Assembly (NCBI RefSeq): GCF_000403645.1
Contig: NC_021313.1
Coordinates: forward strand, 1,281,014-1,321,013
Length of the DNA: 40,000 bases
Source: Salinarchaeum sp. Harcht-Bsk1
GTDB lineage: Archaea > Halobacteriota > Halobacteria > Halobacteriales > Salinarchaeaceae
Reading direction: 5' to 3'
Shown: piece after piece, positions 17,788 through 24,697 of the stretch
How positions within the stretch are numbered: the stretch's first letter is position 1
Layout of the letters: every line of letters starts with the position of its first letter
The notes under the pieces: generated by a model
Told to the model about the DNA's origin: nothing
Seen by the model: only the letters and a program-made list of their open reading frames with translations
Databases searched by the model: none
Translations under genes and position numbers: made by a program

Positions 17788-19320
17788 TTACGTAACTTTG
17801 CCGTCAAGCTCGAGAACCGGAATCAATTCTGGTTCCTCACTCCCGTACTGTATCTCCCCTTTCTGGAAATCAAAGCGGATTGGCTCGCCGAGATAGGAAG
17901 TACGCTCGATTCGGGTTAGCGCGTCTAAGTCGCCGAGTTTCCAGCAGACGAACCGATCAATGTTGGAGAGCGGAGTCTCCTCCTCGAAGAAGTCGCTAAG
18001 TTTCACCTGCACGGAAGCATGTTCGTATCCATTAGCTGTATCGAGGATCGCATTGACTTCGTCATTCATCTGGAAATCAGCAATCTGGAGCGACTCCGGA
18101 GCACCATTGGCACTGTATCGTTCTAAGAGAGCTATGACCTCGGCTGGATTTGACGGCGACAGCCCGTCCGCGCCCCGGGTACGTTCTAATCGTTCCTCTA
18201 GCGAGCTTTCCTGCGACTGGATGCTCCGTTTCTTGTCCTCGAGCTTTCGGCGCTCGATGTAATCGCGATACCAGGTCTCTTGGCACACTTTAGTCATGTA
18301 TCGGTCCAGCTCGTCCGTAATGGCTTGATAGACATCCCCGGACTTATTGCGGATTTTCTCCCGGTTCGCGGAAAGTTCGAGTTCCTGGCAGTTCGCGATG
18401 AAGAAGAAGTGGAAGAACTCGTTGTCGGCTCCAATGGCATCGTTGTACCGTTCGACCTTGATGTGGTCTTTTGCAAGCCAAATGCCGAATTGTGCAGAGT
18501 GCTTCCCGTAGGTCGGCAATTTGTTCCGTGCTTCTTTCCCTCCGACCATCCCGACAATCTCGATTGTCAATTCACGGCCGTCATCGAGCGAAACGGTCAG
18601 CTCCCTCGGCGGATAGTGCTTGCACATCGCTTCAGCGACGAACTCCCCGTCCGGATCAACGTTTTCAGCAGGGAATTTCAATCGGTTATCGGTCTCGATT
18701 GGCTGCCGGGTGTCGTCGATCGTGGGAGAGAGCTCGACATTTATCTCCATCGCGTGAAAATCGTTGCTGAAGTGCCATGCCGTTGAACCGCCGATTGTCT
18801 TCCACCTGATATAATGTTCAATCTTATTATATGTGAGCTGCTGTGGGTCGAACCCTTGTCCCGCCTGAAACCCGTGGACCTCGATCCGGGTGCGTGACGG
18901 CTCGTCTACGTCCCTTCTATCAACCGAGTACGTGGGGAGTTCGCGGTTGTTGAGTTTTGCCCACGGCTGATCCATCACCGATTCGATCTGCGTCCCGTCC
19001 TTGACTGTCTCGACCTGGATCTTGTCGCTCTTGTAGTAGATTTTGGTACCGTGGCCTTTGTACCCAATCGCATCGTCTTTGTTCGAGTTTCCAAGGTCGA
19101 AGAACGACGAGAGGTTGTCTTCGTCCATTCCGTGGCCGTCGTCCTCGATGATCAAAGTGTTCCGTCCTTCATCATCCTGCTCGATTTTGATATCGACCTG
19201 CGTTGCTTTCGCATCGTAGGAATTCGACAGTGCTTCTCTGATGACTTCCAACGGGTCCTCGAAGTCGCTTGCTATCTCGATAAACTCGTTGACCTCGTTG
19301 ACTTGTGGTGTCTTATGCAT
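17788..19320 (-). CDS. GHKL (Bergerat-fold, HATPase_c_3/MORC-like) ATPase
   Basis: 510 aa. N-box EALSNSYDA, G1 box IEDDGHGM, G2 box IGYKGHGTK. Its ATG overlaps the stop of the upstream dpdA-like gene by 8 nt. Confidence 0.8.
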   Translation of the reverse strand: MHKTPQVNEVNEFIEIASDFEDPLEVIREALSNSYDAKATQVDIKIEQDDEGRNTLIIEDDGHGMDEDNLSSFFDLGNSNKDDAIGYKGHGTKIYYKSDKIQVETVKDGTQIESVMDQPWAKLNNRELPTYSVDRRDVDEPSRTRIEVHGFQAGQGFDPQQLTYNKIEHYIRWKTIGGSTAWHFSNDFHAMEINVELSPTIDDTRQPIETDNRLKFPAENVDPDGEFVAEAMCKHYPPRELTVSLDDGRELTIEIVGMVGGKEARNKLPTYGKHSAQFGIWLAKDHIKVERYNDAIGADNEFFHFFFIANCQELELSANREKIRNKSGDVYQAITDELDRYMTKVCQETWYRDYIERRKLEDKKRSIQSQESSLEERLERTRGADGLSPSNPAEVIALLERYSANGAPESLQIADFQMNDEVNAILDTANGYEHASVQVKLSDFFEEETPLSNIDRFVCWKLGDLDALTRIERTSYLGEPIRFDFQKGEIQYGSEEPELIPVLELDGKVT

Positions 19321-20563
19321 AGGTCGTGTCCGTCTCCTCGAAGTACGGGTTCATTCGTTCGTTGATCAGCTGGTAGACGAACTTGCGGAAGCCTTTCTGA
19401 TCTTTAGCGGCTTCTTCAAGGTACCCAGCGACCTGATCCTGGTCACCCTCAGCGATCAACTGGCGGAATTGACGCAACTCCCGTTGCTGGATCGCCAGAT
19501 TGTGTGCGGCGACCGAACCAAGGATGTCCTTCTGATACAGGTCGTCCATCTCGTTCCGCATCCGTGCCCGGTGGAAATCGTCGTTACAGACCCGGCAATC
19601 ACAGGCGTCGAAATCGGCCTCGTCGATTGGGACGTAATCGAACAGGCTGACGGAGTACTTGCCGTTGATCGCCTGATGCAAGTAGGAGGCGGAGTCAAAG
19701 GAGTCGGCCCCGACCGCGACGAGCAACGGCATAGCTTTCCCTGAAATCCCGAACACGTGTAGAGGGAGGTCATCGTACCCCCGTTGCTGCATCACATGCT
19801 TGCAGTCGGAGACTGCCTCGACCAGAACCTCGACGTTGTCCTTCCGTGGGACCAGGCTGCCAAGCGCGATTCCGTCGAACGCCTCAGGAATCGGTTCCGA
19901 GAGTTCGGCCTCGACCAAGTCGAAAGACCGTTCGAGCATCGCATCGTAGTAGCCGTGCACTGTCAGATAGCAGGCTCCCTCGACTTCCTCGCGCCGTTCT
20001 GCGAACCTGGCGGCATTTGCTGCGGTCTGCTCCATCTTTTCCAACCGTTCCTCGAACTCATCGTCGGGGTGAATCGGGTGGTCCAGATTGACGACGATAT
20101 CCGGACCCAGGTCCAGCTGCATATCCAACGCTTTGTCCTGGTCGATTTCTTTCTCGAAGTCTTCACCTTCGAGTCCGCCGCCCTGCTCTAGGATCTTGTA
20201 ACCACCGGAGTCCGCGAATATCATGCCGTCGTAGTCGCTGAAGCACTCCCACTCGCGAATTTCGTTGCCAAGATACCATTCCAGCTTCTTCTCTCGGATC
20301 CCATAGTCGGTCAACGAGGCGATGGAGGTCATCACGCCGCGGAACAGGTCACTGTACTCTTTACCACCAGTGACCTCGTTGTCATGAGCCAGGAATTCCT
20401 TGACTGTGCGGTGTACCCCGCCACCGAAGAGAGCGCCCTCGTTGCCGCCGCCGTAGAAGTTGATGACCGGGAATAGGTGCGGGGTTTCCAATGTCCGGTC
20501 GTTGATCTGGAGCTGGCCACGTCGAGCCTCGCCTGCCTCAGCAACAATCTCGAATGACGCCAT
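19313..20563 (-). CDS. dpdA: DpdA-like guanine transglycosylase (TGT superfamily, no RNA-binding extension)
   Basis: About 416 aa from ATG 20563 (the track ORF begins at GTG 20575). TGT motifs FADSGGYK, VAVGADSFDSASYL and the Zn site CDCRVCNDDFH. The protein ends soon after the Zn site, leaving no room for C1/C2/PUA domains. Confidence 0.75.
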   Translation of the reverse strand: MASFEIVAEAGEARRGQLQINDRTLETPHLFPVINFYGGGNEGALFGGGVHRTVKEFLAHDNEVTGGKEYSDLFRGVMTSIASLTDYGIREKKLEWYLGNEIREWECFSDYDGMIFADSGGYKILEQGGGLEGEDFEKEIDQDKALDMQLDLGPDIVVNLDHPIHPDDEFEERLEKMEQTAANAARFAERREEVEGACYLTVHGYYDAMLERSFDLVEAELSEPIPEAFDGIALGSLVPRKDNVEVLVEAVSDCKHVMQQRGYDDLPLHVFGISGKAMPLLVAVGADSFDSASYLHQAINGKYSVSLFDYVPIDEADFDACDCRVCNDDFHRARMRNEMDDLYQKDILGSVAAHNLAIQQRELRQFRQLIAEGDQDQVAGYLEEAAKDQKGFRKFVYQLINERMNPYFEETDTTYA

Positions 20564-20567
20564 ACTG

Positions 20568-21029
20568 TCAGTCACCGTGTACCGGATCTGGTCGACCGCT
20601 AGACACCAAGTGCTTCAACCGCTTGCCCTTCATCCCAATACCACAGCCCTCGATATAGTGGACCGGAATATCAACAGCAGCCTCGATCCCGTCAACAGCC
20701 GGCAGATAATCCGCTCCCAGATTGACCCACACTTTGTCATACTCATTCCCAGCGACTTTCTCCGCAATTTCCCCGACCACCTCGTCGTTCAATTCGTTAG
20801 CACGGTCTGTGTCCATCTGACGATCATAATATCCGATCTTATCATCGGTTTCAACGACTCCATGCTCAGCAGATATAATAATCATGTCAAGTCCAGGTTG
20901 AAACTGGTCCGCGCGCAGCGCCTTCTTGATGATTCTAAAGAAGTATCCATCGTACAAATCGAGGGCAGGCACCGGTGTATCCACCGATTCCTTTGTCGCG
21001 GAACATGATTGGACTAATAGTGACGTCAT
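20568..21029 (-). CDS. small protein with N-terminal CSxxK motif (stand-alone ArcS-C1/DUF5591-like or DUF6884-like domain?)
   Basis: 153 aa. LLVQSCSATKESV...ALDLYDGYFF resembles the strand-CSxxK start of the C-terminal domain of the neighbouring 636-aa protein (LLILPCSQEKPY). The family assignment is from memory only. Confidence 0.45.
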   Translation of the reverse strand: MTSLLVQSCSATKESVDTPVPALDLYDGYFFRIIKKALRADQFQPGLDMIIISAEHGVVETDDKIGYYDRQMDTDRANELNDEVVGEIAEKVAGNEYDKVWVNLGADYLPAVDGIEAAVDIPVHYIEGCGIGMKGKRLKHLVSSGRPDPVHGD

Positions 21030-21105
21030 CTAACTGCTGATCACGTGAGGGGACCTTAGTCTTTATGGAGAACCACCGGAGGTCAGGCGGACAGCCTGTC
21101 ACTCT

Positions 21106-23016
21106 TTACAACGAGGTGGTAAATCGTTCCACAAGCTCGTCGATATTCTCGCCACGGAAATGCTCGGTCAGCTGAAGGGCTCGCGGGTTGGACGGGAATA
21201 TCTCACCTCGGCCATATCGGGTGAATGCCTGGTCGATAGCTCGGCGATACGCTTTGCTCGTCGTGTAGGCCAAGATGTGGTCAAACTGTTCACCGAATCG
21301 GTCCAGGTACTGGGCGAGCCGGTTCGCAACGAGTTCGACTTGATCATCGTCCGCAGTGGTGAGGACATACTCGTAGCTCATTACAGGGTCCGCCTCCTCG
21401 AACTCCTCTGGCACAGGACCGTACAACCCTGAGAGGGATATCTTGTGGAACTGGTCCCGATACTCTTCAATCGGGGAGAGCACTGCCTGATGTGTCCGCG
21501 AGTCGGAGTAGGGCTTCTCCTGGCTGCACGGCAGAATTAGGAGGACATCAGCCTCAGATGGTGGCTGGTAGCCATCCTGCTGGAGAATGTTGAAATCGTT
21601 AGGACCGTGCTCCAATGAGATGGTCCGTTTCTCCCGTGTCGTGTCTTCAACCCCCTCGAGGAAGCCGGAGAGTTTAGTTTGGAACGTTCCAGCGTCCGGT
21701 CCCGCAACGAGTTCCTCGTAGCCGATGTCGGCCAACTGTTCGCGGAGCTCCGGGTTGTGGAGCTGTGCCCGCTTCAGCCCTTTCTCGACGATGTTCTTCC
21801 CCTGGGCGAACTCCGCCACGAGTTCGAGCAGTTCGTCGTTATCGATGGCGTCCCGCACAGCCTGCATCTGGCGACTGTACAATTCGAAGTTGTGCTGGGC
21901 TATCTGTGCGTAGTATTCGCTCTTGAAACGCTTCCCGTGCTCCCCCTCGATACGTTTGTAGCTGACATCGGACTCTAGAAGGGCGTGCCGCATATCGGCG
22001 AAGTAGATGTTCTGGCATGCCTGACAATCGCAGTACTCCTCGTCCCAGTCGCTCAACTTGGTCCGCTGCCACGTCTCCGGGTGGATGAAGCTCTTGTTCC
22101 GGGCTGCTTTCAAGTAGTTCGAGGAGTCGAACGTGTCGACGCCGAGGAGGGAGAGTAGCGGACAGAGCCGGCCGCTGATGCCGAACACGTGGAGTGCGAT
22201 GTCATCGTACCGTTCCTCCGGTATCGCATCCCTCGCACCTTGGACGATGTCGACGAGGACGTCCGGTGAGTTGCTGAGCGGGACAAGTGATCCGAGCGCA
22301 AAGCCCTCAAACGCTTCATCCAGTTCCTCAGCCCGGTCCAGAAATCGGCTCACGTACCAATTGACGTCCTCGTAGCTGTGGCCGTGAATCGCCACGTAGA
22401 CGGATGGGGACTTGTCGACACCCCATTCCTCGAGCTTCTCATCGTCATTGAGCAGCTGTAGACATTCGACTGCGTTATCGATACTCCGCTTCATTCGCTC
22501 GGTGGCTTCCGCCTTGTTCAGGTTCTGAGGAATCGGGAAGTCCAAGGTGGCGACGATGTCAGCACCATAATCCAGCTGCAGCTTCAGAATGCTCTCCGGA
22601 TTCGTGTAGATGCCCCAGTCGTTCTCGCTCCCACCTTCTTCCGGCGGCTGGCCGAATGTCGTCGAGTTCATCAGCTTGAATCCGCCGGAATCGACAAACA
22701 ATGGCTGCGTGAACCCGGGTTCGGCATCGCTCTCCTCGAAGTGCTGCTTCAGCGGTTTCTCCCGCCACTCCACCAGGTTGTCCGGGGTGAGATTGTAGTC
22801 GAGAAACGTCATCGTCTGGAACATGAATCCCTGGACAGTGTCGCTCTGGAAGAGATAGCGCCGCGTATACCGCCAGATGCCACCTGATTCTGGGGTGGTT
22901 CCTCCGATAAGATTCGCAACTGGGAGAAGGGCAGGTGTCTGAATCTGGCCGGCAGGCGTGTCTATCTCGCCCCGCCGACCGTATCTGGCCTTTGCGAGCG
23001 TCCTGAATGGAGGCAT
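21106..23016 (-). CDS. TGT-catalytic-domain protein fused to an ArcS-type C1 domain (archaeosine-synthase-like), apparently PUA-less
   Basis: 636 aa from ATG 23016. N-terminal half: FVDSGGFK, LLGVDTFDSSNYL, Zn site CDCQACQ...RH. C-terminal half: LPCSQEKPYSDSRTH at 21490..21531, an exact match to the ArcS signature PC-x3-KPY-x2-S-x2-H. Only about 127 aa follow the motif. Confidence 0.75.
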   Translation of the reverse strand: MPPFRTLAKARYGRRGEIDTPAGQIQTPALLPVANLIGGTTPESGGIWRYTRRYLFQSDTVQGFMFQTMTFLDYNLTPDNLVEWREKPLKQHFEESDAEPGFTQPLFVDSGGFKLMNSTTFGQPPEEGGSENDWGIYTNPESILKLQLDYGADIVATLDFPIPQNLNKAEATERMKRSIDNAVECLQLLNDDEKLEEWGVDKSPSVYVAIHGHSYEDVNWYVSRFLDRAEELDEAFEGFALGSLVPLSNSPDVLVDIVQGARDAIPEERYDDIALHVFGISGRLCPLLSLLGVDTFDSSNYLKAARNKSFIHPETWQRTKLSDWDEEYCDCQACQNIYFADMRHALLESDVSYKRIEGEHGKRFKSEYYAQIAQHNFELYSRQMQAVRDAIDNDELLELVAEFAQGKNIVEKGLKRAQLHNPELREQLADIGYEELVAGPDAGTFQTKLSGFLEGVEDTTREKRTISLEHGPNDFNILQQDGYQPPSEADVLLILPCSQEKPYSDSRTHQAVLSPIEEYRDQFHKISLSGLYGPVPEEFEEADPVMSYEYVLTTADDDQVELVANRLAQYLDRFGEQFDHILAYTTSKAYRRAIDQAFTRYGRGEIFPSNPRALQLTEHFRGENIDELVERFTTSL

Positions 23017-23294
23017 CAAAGAACCTGTGTAGTAACTCTATGCGACACCTCAATTAACCTCTCGCTCCAGAAAGCGTAAAAATTCTATCAATACTGAGAT
23101 GCCGATGGAGCCGATATGTCAGTAAACGCTGCCACTCAAAGCGAACTGGAAAGGCGCACCAGCAACCGTGACGATGACCGACAACACTGGAGACAACACT
23201 GTTGGGTCTGTATCGGGCGTTACAAATAGCGCCACAGCGACTTTCCAGGGGTTCCGGAAGCAGATACAGAAGAAACTGGATGCACGGGAAGGTT

Positions 23295-23915
23295 TTATGG
23301 TGAAATGAAAGCAGTGCCGAGGGCTTGGATGCTGAACCCAAGTAGGATGAGGAATACGCCGCTTCGGCGAAACCGGGAGTCAAGTTTTTGGATGCGCTCT
23401 CGAATAAAGTACTGGACGGCTTCTAGCTCAAAATAGACATCGTTGTCGACGCCCTCTCCAGTCAGATGTAGCGCTTTTCGCAGATCATTCTCGTGAAACT
23501 CATATTTCTCCGGGCTGATGGTGTCGAAACTATCCCAAGCGATCTCCGTGGACACATTGTCTGACTCCTCATATTGCTCTCGAATAAGATGTAAGAGGTC
23601 GTCGAAGGTGGGTGACCGAGCTGGAGCGAGCAGGTGTTCTTCATCTAAATCGGGATCCGCAACGACCCACCCAGGAAATGGCTTGAGTATCTCGTCTTGG
23701 CTTTGCTTCAGCCGGCCACTCTCAAACCGTCGGTTCAACGCCGGCCAGTCAGGCACCACAAGAACAATCGCACCGACCACATCGATCAATAATCCTGTAA
23801 CGACGACTGCTACACTGCTCAAGGAGTAGTAGCATGCATAGAGGAGTGCTGTAGGGACGAGAACGAGTAGTGCGAGCGCTGCCACAAGCCGTGTTTGGGG
23901 AAATGTAACTGACAT
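23295..23915 (-). CDS. membrane protein (two N-terminal and one C-terminal predicted TM helices)
   Basis: Hydrophobic runs LVAALALLVLVPTALLYACYY, VAVVVTGLLIDVVGAIVLVV and GVFLILLGFSIQALGTAFI flank an acidic soluble middle. It is the last gene of the helicase-1 operon. Confidence 0.55.
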   Translation of the reverse strand: MSVTFPQTRLVAALALLVLVPTALLYACYYSLSSVAVVVTGLLIDVVGAIVLVVPDWPALNRRFESGRLKQSQDEILKPFPGWVVADPDLDEEHLLAPARSPTFDDLLHLIREQYEESDNVSTEIAWDSFDTISPEKYEFHENDLRKALHLTGEGVDNDVYFELEAVQYFIRERIQKLDSRFRRSGVFLILLGFSIQALGTAFISP

Positions 23916-24004
23916 CAAGTATGTTCAACTGACATGCACTAAATGTATGAACGTTGGTGACCGGGAGGGTTACTCGCCGTTTGTAACATTTTGACGGAGA
24001 GAGG

Positions 24005-24697
24005 TCATCCAAGCCGAATTTCAAGGTAGTTAGCGAGGTTTGACCCGGTTAGTGCCTCACGTTCCTCCTCGGAGAGGTCGTTGAAGCAAGGCGGTTCATC
24101 CGACAGCAGTTGGTCCATCACGTCTTCAAGGGTGGTGCCGCTGTAGCTGCCGAGCAAATCTTTCTGGACCTGTTGCAGGGCGTTAGACATGGTGGCTGCA
24201 ACGTCGCGGGCTTCCTGTTGTTTCGCCTCGAATGACTCCTCGGCTTCGTCAGTATAGACCTGGGCTTTCCAGTTCCAGTCGTCGAGCAGCGACTCGAGTG
24301 CATTGAGTTTACCCATGTCAGCGGCCTCGACGTGCTCGTTCAATTTCCGCATCGCTCTGACACGGTCTCTTTCCTCAGTACGTTCTTCGTGGATCTTGTT
24401 CTCAATCTGGTGGGCTTCCTGGCTGACCTGGTCCTCGACATTGTCGATAATATCGTCCAAGGCATCGAAATCACGTTCGTCGGCGTACCCACCCGCCTCT
24501 TGGACTTTCTCCTTGGCTTCATCAACGACCTTGACCTCCAGATCGAGGAAGTCTCGCGCGATGATCGCTTGTAGCATAGTTTCCTCCATCTCGGTAGCTA
24601 CCTTCTCTAATCGATCCTCCAAGTCCCGCCGGAGGTACTGTTGGTGGACCGTCTCGAGTTCCTGCTCGAATAGAGACTGATCACTGGTCTCCGACAT
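24005..24697 (-). CDS. acidic coiled-coil protein, unknown function
   Basis: 230 aa with heptad-like E/K/Q/L-rich sequence throughout. Its ATG overlaps the stop of the 997-aa gene by 17 nt. Confidence 0.55.
   Translation of the reverse strand: MSETSDQSLFEQELETVHQQYLRRDLEDRLEKVATEMEETMLQAIIARDFLDLEVKVVDEAKEKVQEAGGYADERDFDALDDIIDNVEDQVSQEAHQIENKIHEERTEERDRVRAMRKLNEHVEAADMGKLNALESLLDDWNWKAQVYTDEAEESFEAKQQEARDVAATMSNALQQVQKDLLGSYSGTTLEDVMDQLLSDEPPCFNDLSEEEREALTGSNLANYLEIRLG

Noticed and set aside
19313-23016. Simple explanation that the two TGT-family genes and the que operon are the host's housekeeping tRNA-archaeosine genes (tgtA, arcS, queCDE)
   Set aside because: They lie inside the att-bounded element in the lower-GC cargo. 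They appear to lack PUA-type tRNA-binding extensions, use a FolE type not typical of haloarchaea, and are embedded among helicase, PLD, GIY-YIG and GHKL genes. This cannot be fully excluded without the rest of the genome, so it is listed as a refutation test.
23054-23383. 109-aa minus-strand ORF in the gap upstream of the ArcS-like gene
   Set aside because: It overlaps the 3' end of the membrane-protein gene in another frame, has non-acidic Ser/Leu/Cys-rich composition, and has no motif. The 275-bp gap more likely holds the promoter of the transglycosylase operon.
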